Part shown: positions 1 through 8,237 of the stretch, piece by piece
Numbering within the stretch: position 1 is the first letter of the stretch
Layout of the letters: each line of letters starts with the position of its first letter
Source: Chloroflexota bacterium
GTDB taxonomy: Bacteria; Chloroflexota; Anaerolineae; UBA4142
NCBI GenBank assembly: GCA_023489485.1
Contig: JAMDCU010000089.1
Location: 1-58,323 of the forward strand
Direction of reading: 5' to 3'
Length of the DNA stretch: 58,323 bases
Notes under the pieces: model-generated
Seen by the model: only the letters and a program-made list of their open reading frames with translations
What the model was told of the DNA's origin: nothing
Databases searched by the model: none
Translations under genes and position numbers: made by a program

Positions 1-1
1 G

Positions 2-1699
2 CTCGCCATCGAGCTCGCGAGTGCGCGGGTAGGGACACTCGGCGTGGACGAAGTCGCCAAGCGCTTGGAAGAATCGTTTGGCCTTCTCGACGGCGCGCAT
101 CATGGGATCGTGGAGCGTCATCAGACGCTACAGGCCCTCATCGGCTGGAGCTATGACTTGCTTTCGGATGAGGAACGTCGTCTCCTGGAACATGTCTCGG
201 TGTTCGTGGGCAGTTGGACGCTTGCTGCGGCGGAGTCGGTGGGCGAGGTTTCCGGGAGTCGGATACCTGAGCTTCTCTCCCGCTTGGTGGACAAATCGCT
301 GGTCACGGTTGTGGAGCAGAATGGACAAGTCCGCTATCGCTTATTAGAGATGGTCCGTCAGTATGCGAATGAGAAATTGCATCGCTGCGGCGATTTCGAG
401 AGAACGCGGAAACTCCATCTGGAGTGGTGTCTGCAACTCGTTCAAGAGGCGGAGCCCCGTCTGCGCAGCTCTGCCCGACCGGTGTGGATGCAACGCCTAG
501 AGGCCGAGAACGACAACCTGCGAGCCGGACTCGAATGGTCTTTGCGACCCGATGAAACGGACGAAGAGGTGATGGAGAAAGGGTTGCTCCTGGCGGGCAC
601 ATTGACCCCGTTCTGGGTGACTTCGGGTAATCTCCGCGAAGGGTCGACCTGGCTCGGGCAGGCGATCGAAAAGAGGCGCGCGCGAGAACATCGTGGGACG
701 CCCGGTTGCGCCAAAGCTCTGTGTGGCGGGGCCCTCCTGGCTCTGTTTGAGCGAGAGTGGCTGCGCGTCGCCGAACTCTGTGAAACGGGCATCCCCATCG
801 CTCGGTCGCTCGGAGATCGCGGATTAACGAGCCTCTTGCTATTCCTGTTGGGTGAGTACCAATTGAACCATGCCCATGATCTGGTCAAAGGGTACGGCTT
901 GCTGGAGGAGAGCGTGGAATTAGCGAAACAAGTCGGCGACCCTTGGCAGGCCAGCGCATCGCTCTTCACTTTAGGTAGCTTGATTCAGTTCGAGCGAGAC
1001 CCCGAGCGCGCCGCGCATCTTTTCGAAGAAGGCATGGCCCTGGCACGGCGGGCCGGGGACCCGTGGCTGATCGGTACCCTCCTCGACTATTACGGTGAAC
1101 AGGAACAGTCACGGGGCGACTATACGAGAGCCGCCGCGCTCTACCATGAGAGTCTGGCGGCACGCCGCCGCCTGAAAGACAAAGGTGGTATGGCCGGCAC
1201 GCTGAACAACTTGGGACGGCTCGCGCGGCATCAAGGGGACCTGACGCGTGCGGCCGAGTTCTATAGGCAGAGCCTGGAGCTCTTTAGCGATCTGGGGTTG
1301 GTCGAGTATGTCGCCATCGTAAAACACAACCTGGCTTGCGTGTCGCTTCAACGCGGCGACGATGTCCTCGCGGCAAGCCAGTTCAAAGAGAGCCTGGGGC
1401 TGTTCCGTGAGATTGAGAGGAAGGAGGGGGTGGCCAAGTGCCTGATGGGGCTGGCGGTATCAGAGCGGACGAGCCCGAACGTCGGAACCCGTGTACAATA
1501 CTTTGCAGCAGCACAAGCGTATCTGGAAATATCCCAGGCCAGCCTCTCGACATTATTCGATGTAGATGACATTGATAGTGCCCCTCTGTCGTCGGCCGCG
1601 CGGGAGACCATGGGCGATCAAGCGTTCGAGACGGCGATGGCAGAAGGCCGTTCGCTGTCCCTGGAAGAGGTACTAACCAATACGCGGAGCCAGCTGTAG
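2..1699 (+). CDS. STAND-type ATPase/TPR regulatory protein (COG3903/AfsR-like), 5'-truncated by the window edge
   Basis: The frame is open from base 2 (LAIELASAR motif). It continues through HQTLQALIGWSYDLL, SRLVDKSLV, RYRLLEMVRQYA and ENDNLRAGLEW, then multiple TPRs. Confidence 0.85.
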   Translation, partial: LAIELASARVGTLGVDEVAKRLEESFGLLDGAHHGIVERHQTLQALIGWSYDLLSDEERRLLEHVSVFVGSWTLAAAESVGEVSGSRIPELLSRLVDKSLVTVVEQNGQVRYRLLEMVRQYANEKLHRCGDFERTRKLHLEWCLQLVQEAEPRLRSSARPVWMQRLEAENDNLRAGLEWSLRPDETDEEVMEKGLLLAGTLTPFWVTSGNLREGSTWLGQAIEKRRAREHRGTPGCAKALCGGALLALFEREWLRVAELCETGIPIARSLGDRGLTSLLLFLLGEYQLNHAHDLVKGYGLLEESVELAKQVGDPWQASASLFTLGSLIQFERDPERAAHLFEEGMALARRAGDPWLIGTLLDYYGEQEQSRGDYTRAAALYHESLAARRRLKDKGGMAGTLNNLGRLARHQGDLTRAAEFYRQSLELFSDLGLVEYVAIVKHNLACVSLQRGDDVLAASQFKESLGLFREIERKEGVAKCLMGLAVSERTSPNVGTRVQYFAAAQAYLEISQASLSTLFDVDDIDSAPLSSAARETMGDQAFETAMAEGRSLSLEEVLTNTRSQL

Positions 1700-1721
1700 A
1701 GCCGTTTAAGCAAGTTCGTAC

Positions 1722-1763
1722 CAAGGGCTGCCCCGAAAGTGTTTCCGGGCAGCCCTTGTTTTT
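1722..1763 (+). terminator. Intrinsic terminator
   Basis: CAAGGGCTGCCC/GGGCAGCCCTTG stem followed by TTTTT, 22 nt after the stop. Confidence 0.8.
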
Positions 1764-2032
1764 CCCTTCCAGATTTCGCGTTTTTTTCACGACGGGGGAG
1801 TAAGATGGGGGCTGGTCTCGGAATGCCACTGATAGCTACTTTAAGGGGCCGGAAGGTCGGACGCGTGGCGTCAAAGGGTTGGTGATCGAATGGGCTCGGT
1901 TGACTGCTCTCATCTTGGGTAGGGTTGAGTGATTTGCACACTTCGAGCTAGCATTTGAGGTGGACCATGTCTTTGATCGGCGCATCGCCCCACTGCATCC
2001 CCCAAGTCCGCGTCGCTGCCGGGGGGAATCAC

Positions 2033-2389
2033 ATGCTGCGCATAGAGGTCTGGAAGGCCAAATCAGCTTGGCAGAATCTGTCCAAGATGGAAAGAACCGC
2101 ATTTCTAAAGAGTTTTGGCGAACTGATGCAGCTTCTGCTTCCGAAAGAAGCTCGAGAAGGCGGAGGCCCCTTCTTGGTAGACAAGCCCGGTATCTCCTGG
2201 CTGGTCTGGACCTCCGGGATTCAACAGGCACAAGACCTCTCGATCCTAACTGAGGAAGCCGAGCTCGCCAGGTACTTTGATGCTTTGATGTATATGACCC
2301 CTAGCCGAGGGGTGACGGCAAGAAGTGTCGCCATCCAGCTATTCGGAAGCGGGCCCACTGGAGCCGAAACATCAAAATCGGGCAGTTAA
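2033..2389 (+). CDS. Small hypothetical protein, DUF6616-like
   Basis: ATG 2033 follows a G-rich RBS. The N-terminus MLRIEVWKAKSAWQNLSKMERTAFL resembles DUF6616 (recalled, not searched). Confidence 0.5.
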   Translation: MLRIEVWKAKSAWQNLSKMERTAFLKSFGELMQLLLPKEAREGGGPFLVDKPGISWLVWTSGIQQAQDLSILTEEAELARYFDALMYMTPSRGVTARSVAIQLFGSGPTGAETSKSGS

Positions 2390-2509
2390 GCTGTTGCTCC
2401 CACGCGCTCGGGCGGGATGGATCAGAGGCTCATTTCGCAAACGGAGAAAAAAGGCTTCGCCATGTTCTATATCTGTGTTGGAACAATTGCTATCGCGGAA
2501 CGTCGAAAT

Positions 2510-2564
2510 TTAACCAAATCTTAACCTTCCGTTTACCCACTTTTAACCTACATCGTGGTATACT
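2510..2564 (+). promoter_or_regulatory. Extended -10 promoter with four 11-bp-periodic TT(A/T)ACC direct repeats (Pho-box/OmpR-family-like operator)
   Basis: TTAACC 2510, TTAACC 2521, TTTACC 2532 and TTAACC 2543; TG 2556-2557 plus TATACT 2559-2564. Confidence 0.7.
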
Positions 2565-2723
2565 AAAATTCGATTTCGCCAGTTGCACACCATCAGTGCC
2601 TGCACGTCTCGTTCAGCTCCTCTAGGATCGTCTCCTGGAGAGATTCAGAACGTAAAGACTTGCCTCTTGACCAACTGGAAGTGGGCAATTTCCCTCCTCG
2701 GTACGTCACCGGCCCAAGATGTC

Positions 2724-2777
2724 ACGGCATCTGCTCCTAAATGCGCGCGCACGCCGCATGGACAGATGTCGTTTTTA
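2724..2777 (+). terminator. Leader intrinsic terminator/attenuator
   Basis: ACGGCATCTG/CAGATGTCGT 10-bp stem with an inner ATGCG/CGCAT helix, followed by a T-tract. Confidence 0.55.
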
Positions 2778-2845
2778 TTCCAATTGTTATAGCGGCACTT
2801 GCTTTCCTAATTAAGAGGCTCGCATCAGCGCGAGCCGGTACTCCC

Positions 2846-2880
2846 AAATAGAAAGGGCTGACCGTTGCAGCGGTCAGCCC
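2846..2880 (-). terminator. Minus-strand terminator-like hairpin
   Basis: GGGCTGACCG/CGGTCAGCCC perfect stem; on the minus strand it is followed by TTTCTATTT. Confidence 0.55.
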
Positions 2881-3077
2881 CGCGAACTGACCAACGGGCG
2901 CCATCCGTTCACTCCCTCCGCTTGCAACGAAAGAGGTGAATTGGATGTGGGGCATGTGTTTGCCTTGCGGTCCGTCGGCTAATTTCATATTACCCAAAAG
3001 ATTACGCTCTGTCAACAGGTGCCAGACTCCTACCGAGGAGCCGTCAGAGTTCTGTGCGACCCCCTTCGGAGAGCCTA

Positions 3078-3656
3078 ATGCCATACCGCTCACGAATTCT
3101 CGTCATCGATCAAGAACGGATTTGGCGAACGGATACCGCCCGCTTGCTTCAAGCCGCCGGCTATCGGGTGTACCAAGCAGGTGCGCGTGCGGATGGTCTG
3201 CCTACCTTATACCAGACACGCCCGGATCTAATTCTCCTCGGATGGAGCTTGAGCATCAAGGAACGCAGCGAGATCATCGCCGCGATCCGCGACATGACCG
3301 ATGCGCCGATTTTGCTGCTCGAACCCGCGTCCATTCCGATGAATGGAGCGAGCCCGGACTGCAAGGATTATGTCAAACACTGCGCCATACCCAACGATTC
3401 GAGTCAGATTGTCCTGTGGGTGGAACAGTTGCTGACGGGTGATGACCCCGCAGGGCGGGGCGTTCAGCCGAGGAACCTTCGGATCGGCGCCGTGCTGAAA
3501 GATTTGCCACCTCTCCGTTACATGACGGCCGATTATATCTTGCGACTCGATCAGGCCTTGCGACGGGTCGAAACGATTGGCGAAGTGTGTCTGCACAAAC
3601 GCAATGGCCAAGTCAGTACCATCCGCCGCGCTCGCCGGCTAAAGCTATTCACTTGA
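3078..3656 (+). CDS. Atypical (pseudo-)receiver domain protein with a C-terminal small DUF2292-like domain
   Basis: ATG 3078 follows GGAGAG. RILVIDQE...AGYRV...PDLILLGWSL...PILLL gives a REC fold with Gly at the phospho-Asp position. The C-terminal ~50 aa resemble the next ORF. Confidence 0.7.
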   Translation: MPYRSRILVIDQERIWRTDTARLLQAAGYRVYQAGARADGLPTLYQTRPDLILLGWSLSIKERSEIIAAIRDMTDAPILLLEPASIPMNGASPDCKDYVKHCAIPNDSSQIVLWVEQLLTGDDPAGRGVQPRNLRIGAVLKDLPPLRYMTADYILRLDQALRRVETIGEVCLHKRNGQVSTIRRARRLKLFT

Positions 3657-3703
3657 TCGCGGGTTAACGGGAGGGCGTGGCGCGCGGTCAGGAGGACTCC
3701 ATC

Positions 3704-3934
3704 ATGAATGACGGTCAGGAGCGGAGCAAGGCGGCCGGGGCTACGCTCAAGGTCTTGCGAGCGAGCGATCTGCTCGCGATCGAGCAGGCGCTCGAGAAGG
3801 CCGGCCCGAATGGCCAGGTCCGGCTCGGCATCCGAAATGGCCGCGTCGAAATCATCCGGACCATCGTCCAGTTCACGACCGCGGGCACGACCACCGCATC
3901 GATGAGCGCGGACCAGCCCGGTCCGGAAGGTTGA
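3704..3934 (+). CDS. Small protein, DUF2292/YezD-like
   Basis: AGGAGG RBS at 3690 and ATG 3704; LLAIEQALEKAGPNGQVRLGIRNGRVEII helix + beta-hairpin pattern. Confidence 0.6.
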   Translation: MNDGQERSKAAGATLKVLRASDLLAIEQALEKAGPNGQVRLGIRNGRVEIIRTIVQFTTAGTTTASMSADQPGPEG

Positions 3935-4035
3935 TGCCGTCTATGCAAAGCTGGTATGTGCTCTACACGAGACCGCACGGCGAGCAGAGTGGGCGAGCGC
4001 GCATGATTGCGAACAAGTGCACAGTAGCAAGATAA
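3934..4035 (+). pseudogene. Truncated NusG-paralog (RfaH/UpxY/LoaP-like) antiterminator
   Basis: TGATG-coupled ORF MPSMQSWYVLYTRPHGEQ... matches the NGN-domain start WYVLYT(K/R)PxxE, then diverges and stops after 33 codons. Confidence 0.7.
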
Positions 4036-4436
4036 GTACGTACCGACCGGCTCAACGGCGAGCCGGGCCATCGCTATCGCGGGGCAAGTCTCGCTATCAT
4101 CCTACCTGACTTGACTTGGACTTGCTCCTCGATAGCGCCAAATGGTCTATCGGCCTTGGCAATTGTGGGGACACAATTGCCAAGAGGGCGGAGCGCGCCC
4201 AGAGTGCGAACCCTTCCATTCTACTCGATCCGCATTCCTCATTTGGGGAGGGAAGAGAACGACTCAAAGGGATCGAGCTGCGGAGAGCGCAGAGCGCAGA
4301 AATATCGACAATGCAGGATACCAACCATCCATTAAGACGCAACCAAATGTTAGCCTCACACTATCGGCCGTGAACCGGAACTTGCAAGCCCACGGAACAT
4401 CAATCGCTCATAGTTATTCAAGGACCGACGCAACCC

Positions 4437-6191
4437 TTGCCACGGATCAACCCGCGTAGCCTCCTCACGTTAAGGCTCGGCACAATCATTCTCATCGGCT
4501 TCATCGGCGCGCGCTCAGCCCCCCCGCTCATGAGTAATCTGGAGGTTCTTGGAATAATCCGTAGATCACTCTCTTCAGGCCTTTCTGCCTTGAATCTACC
4601 TATCGAGCCGAAGGGCCCCAGACAGATTCTCTGGGCGGGGCTCGGTGAACTTGCGAGAGGCGATGGCGAACGTGCCTCGGCTCTGCTCGAGCAAGGTGTG
4701 CTTGAATACCCAGACGATTCGATGATCAGGGTCTCATTAGGAAGAGCCTACGAGAGCGTTGGAAAACTTGGACAAGCGGTCGCGGAATGGAGGCAAGCAC
4801 GGGCGTGGAACGAGATGATTCTGTCGGCGGAGCGTTCAATCCAGGCAAAAAGATGGGATGACGCTCTGTACGCTCTTGCGGCCGCGCAACAGGCCCTGCC
4901 TGAAGAGGTGGTAAGCTACCAGGCTAGAGCCCTGAATGGCAAGAAGAGTGTCGACACAGCAGTTAGCTTATTGCGGAACTCGCTTCAGACAATGCCTTCA
5001 TCTTCTCATCGTGAAGAATGGCTAATATTTCTGGGCGACTACCTGCGCGAGCAGGGAAAGTTCGCAGACGCGGTGAACGCCTACAGGGACGCGACTCAGC
5101 TTCCCGATGGGCGTTACACGTGGTCCGCCTACATTAGATTAGGGCTCTCAACGTATCTCAGCGGAGAGGGTTCTGGCCCAGCAATAGTCCAGGTGAACCG
5201 GGGTATCTCGCTAGCGCCGGAAAAACCCGACGGTTACACCGCGATGGGTGATATTCTCCGCAAAGAGAAACGCTACACCGAGGCAGATTACTGGTTTCGA
5301 CTCGCAGCCGACAGAAATGCAAGCGATGTCTGGATCCAGGTTCGGAGGATCGAGAACTTTCTTGATGACAACCAGATGAGCGCTGCCTTGGACATAGCAA
5401 CCAGAGCGACCGAGATATTCCCGGCCGAACCGCACCCGTGGTACGAACTTGGTCAGATCTACGAACGCGAGGGCAAAATCGAAGCCGCCATCACGGCTGC
5501 AAAGAGGTCTGTTGAACTAGACCACGTGGGAAACGCCGGCTACCGAGTAGCTCTAGCCGGGCTCTACGAACAAGCTAATCAACTGACACAGGCGATAGAC
5601 ACTCTCCGCCAGGCTCTGCTAATAGACGAGAAGAACGGTGAAGCACATGTTGCCCTTGGCAGAATCCTCTATAAAGCCGGCTACGGGGCACAAGCGGCAG
5701 ATGAGCAACTCAGGGAGGCGATCGAAATAGATCCTGGCAACCCGGCTCCCTATACGGAACTCGGGCGAGTGTACCAGGGCGAAAAGAAATACGCGGAGGC
5801 CGAAATCTGGTACAAACAGGCTGTTGATCGCTCCCCGAGTGATCCGTGGCCTTGGGTAATGCGTGGCGAAAACGCCCTCCTAGCTAACAATACCAGTCTG
5901 GCAATCCAAGTATTGAAGCAAGCCACAGCCCAGTTCCCGAACTTCGCCCACTCGTATCTATTTCTGGCTCAGGCTTACCGCCAAGTCGGAGATTCAGATC
6001 GGGCGGTAAGCTCGATTGAGAAAGCAGTTGAGCTCTCTCCCAATGGGAACGTTTGGTACTGGGTGACGGCTGGACAGATCTATGAATGGGCCAAGCAATC
6101 AGATAAAGCCCTGAAGGCGTACGAAACAGCGCTCACTATGGACCCGGCCAACTCAGAAGCGGAGAAAGGAATTGAACGGCTCAAGAGATAG
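4437..6191 (+). CDS. Membrane-anchored tetratricopeptide repeat protein
   Basis: N-terminal hydrophobic segment followed by more than 10 TPR units. Confidence 0.85.
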   Translation: MPRINPRSLLTLRLGTIILIGFIGARSAPPLMSNLEVLGIIRRSLSSGLSALNLPIEPKGPRQILWAGLGELARGDGERASALLEQGVLEYPDDSMIRVSLGRAYESVGKLGQAVAEWRQARAWNEMILSAERSIQAKRWDDALYALAAAQQALPEEVVSYQARALNGKKSVDTAVSLLRNSLQTMPSSSHREEWLIFLGDYLREQGKFADAVNAYRDATQLPDGRYTWSAYIRLGLSTYLSGEGSGPAIVQVNRGISLAPEKPDGYTAMGDILRKEKRYTEADYWFRLAADRNASDVWIQVRRIENFLDDNQMSAALDIATRATEIFPAEPHPWYELGQIYEREGKIEAAITAAKRSVELDHVGNAGYRVALAGLYEQANQLTQAIDTLRQALLIDEKNGEAHVALGRILYKAGYGAQAADEQLREAIEIDPGNPAPYTELGRVYQGEKKYAEAEIWYKQAVDRSPSDPWPWVMRGENALLANNTSLAIQVLKQATAQFPNFAHSYLFLAQAYRQVGDSDRAVSSIEKAVELSPNGNVWYWVTAGQIYEWAKQSDKALKAYETALTMDPANSEAEKGIERLKR

Positions 6192-6193
6192 GC

Positions 6194-7111
6194 ATGACTG
6201 ATGGTGTGCCCCTAGTCGGGCTAGTCACAATTTGGTACCGGTCCGCTCCTGACCTCGACCGTTTTCTCGCGGACCTCAAGGGCGTTCAATATCCGAATCT
6301 CCGACACGTATTTGTTATAAATGACCAGACCGCGAGCGAGGTGGACCGGCTCAAAACTAACGCTCCCGGCGCGCTGGTAATTGAGCCAAGAGCCAACCTG
6401 GGAACCGCAGCAGGCTGGAACCTCGGAATCCGCCGTCTACTCACAGAAGGTGCCAAATACATCGGAATTTGGAATCCCGACGTGAAACTGGCTTCCGACG
6501 GTCTGGAACATCTTGTCACAGTAATGGAGCATGACGAGAGCATCGGCGCGGTCGGTCCGCTGATTTTCTGGTCCGACGACCCCGGAACGGTGCAGATGTT
6601 CGGTGGGTCAATAGACATTCGTAACGGGCTCGCAAATCATGATTATATGGGTGAGAGTAATCTCGAAACTCTTCCAGCACTTCACGACGCTGAATACTTG
6701 GATGGAGGAACGATGCTCCTCCGAGCTGAAGTGCTACGCCAGGTTGGAGGATTTGACGAAGAGTTCTTCATGTACGGTGAAGATAGCGATATCAGCTTTC
6801 GAATCCGACGCGCGGGGTACCGACTTGTAGCTGTACGCTCAGCCTGGGCGTGGCATTTCCATAGAGAGAATAAGGGACACTTCCCTTCACCCTATGAACT
6901 TTTCTACATAACACGAAATCGATTCCGCCTAGTATCCAAACATGGGAACCAAAGAGATTGGTGGCTCCTGGCAGCACTCGCAATCGGCACCCTACCAAGG
7001 CGGATGTTTTACTTTCTCAGGCGCCGGAAATTGAGGCTGGGAGCTGCCTGTGTATCAGGCGTCATCTCCGGTCTGGTTGGACGAGCAGGTAAGGACGGGT
7101 GGGTAGATTGA
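6194..7111 (+). CDS. Glycosyltransferase family 2
   Basis: NLGTAAGWNLG, WNPD and GGFDEEFFMYGEDSD motifs. Confidence 0.9.
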   Translation: MTDGVPLVGLVTIWYRSAPDLDRFLADLKGVQYPNLRHVFVINDQTASEVDRLKTNAPGALVIEPRANLGTAAGWNLGIRRLLTEGAKYIGIWNPDVKLASDGLEHLVTVMEHDESIGAVGPLIFWSDDPGTVQMFGGSIDIRNGLANHDYMGESNLETLPALHDAEYLDGGTMLLRAEVLRQVGGFDEEFFMYGEDSDISFRIRRAGYRLVAVRSAWAWHFHRENKGHFPSPYELFYITRNRFRLVSKHGNQRDWWLLAALAIGTLPRRMFYFLRRRKLRLGAACVSGVISGLVGRAGKDGWVD

Positions 7112-7818
7112 CCAGTAGATTCTCGGTGGAGGAAAGGGTCTGTAGAGCGGGAGATCTTCTGCTCCGCAAGTTCGTAATTAACAGGCTGCCACCCAAAACT
7201 ATGTTGTGGTCGCGGTTCTCAGAACATCTGAGGCCCTTGGTTGTCGGCAATGTCGCTCTGGATCTAGGTTGCGGGTCGGGTAGCCAATTGCCATTTGATA
7301 AATCGGAGTGGCTAGGAGTGGACCTGCATCTGGCTTCCTTAATCCGGGCGAGGGCGAAGCGAAAATACAGGCATCTAATCTGTGCTAATGTGCTAGATGT
7401 TAATGGCGTCTTTCGACCCAAGTCCTTTGATACAGTGATCGCGCTTGACCTGATAGAGCATTTTGACAAGGACCAGGGCTTGTTCCTTCTCGGCGCCATG
7501 GAAGAGCTCGCCCGTCATCGGGTGATCGTTCTAACCCCCAACGGCAGAGTAGAGCAAGATCCGTCTGCTATATCTAGCAACCAATGGATGGAACATCGAA
7601 GTGCGTGGTCGTCCGCAGACATGAAACGGTTGGGATACCATGTGACTGGCTGGAGCGGGTGGAAGGGTTTCGCGGGTCCAAACGGGTATTTCCGAAGACG
7701 CATGGATGCTTTGTTTCAGATACTCATGACGCTGAGCCAGCCCTTTGTCTACGACAAGCCGCGTTTGGCCTTTCACCTTTTCTGCTGGAAGGACGTTTGT
7801 AGGACCCCGCATACATGA
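7099..7818 (+). CDS. Class I SAM-dependent methyltransferase
   Basis: ALDLGCGSG, FDTVIALDLIEH and VLTPNG motifs. Confidence 0.85.
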   Translation: MGRLTSRFSVEERVCRAGDLLLRKFVINRLPPKTMLWSRFSEHLRPLVVGNVALDLGCGSGSQLPFDKSEWLGVDLHLASLIRARAKRKYRHLICANVLDVNGVFRPKSFDTVIALDLIEHFDKDQGLFLLGAMEELARHRVIVLTPNGRVEQDPSAISSNQWMEHRSAWSSADMKRLGYHVTGWSGWKGFAGPNGYFRRRMDALFQILMTLSQPFVYDKPRLAFHLFCWKDVCRTPHT

Positions 7819-8237
7819 CGTTGCTAATACTGGTCCTCTGGGCGGGGCTGGCAGTGTTATATGTTTCGAATCGACGTGCTGCCGTCCTCGTCTACCTGTT
7901 GGCGCTACCGTCGTTTCCGTTCTACTGGACCCCCTTTTACATAGCGCCCTTTAACGCTCTTTCCGTTCAGCGGCTGCTCCGCCCGCTCTATCGAGCTGCG
8001 GCCTTCCGCGGTGCCGCCGCCCGCCTGCTGCCTGCGCCTCTACGCCCTCGCATCGTCGCCTATCAGCCGAACGGCCAACCCGACCTCGGCCTCATGCTCG
8101 GGAGCCGCATCATCGGCCGCTACGATGCAGTGCAAAGCCGGTGGACGATCCGATTTCCTCTCTGGTTGATCGTGGATTTGCATTTGCTGTCGAGCGATGT
8201 GGACCGAGGTAGGATGCCAGCTCTTAAAAACCAATGA
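7815..8237 (+). pseudogene. Chimeric remnant ORF (Wzy-like N-terminus fused to an unrelated soluble C-terminal fragment)
   Basis: The first ~55 aa are hydrophobic and similar to the N-terminus of the Wzy at 11805. There is an abrupt switch to GC-rich sequence near 7975. Confidence 0.45.

Noticed and set aside
1918-1945. Possible distal att copy of the tRNA 3' end (GGGTTGAGTGATTTGCACACT)
   Set aside because: It needs two gaps and several mismatches against the tRNA 3' half, so it is compatible with chance.
2930-2990. c-di-GMP-I riboswitch on the minus strand (GGCAAAC motif)
   Set aside because: It lacks the GNRA-capped P2 and the downstream GCAAA/P3 elements.
4097-4459. Short ORFs between the NusG stump and the TPR gene
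   Set aside because: They overlap each other and have no RBS or recognisable motif; likely junction DNA.
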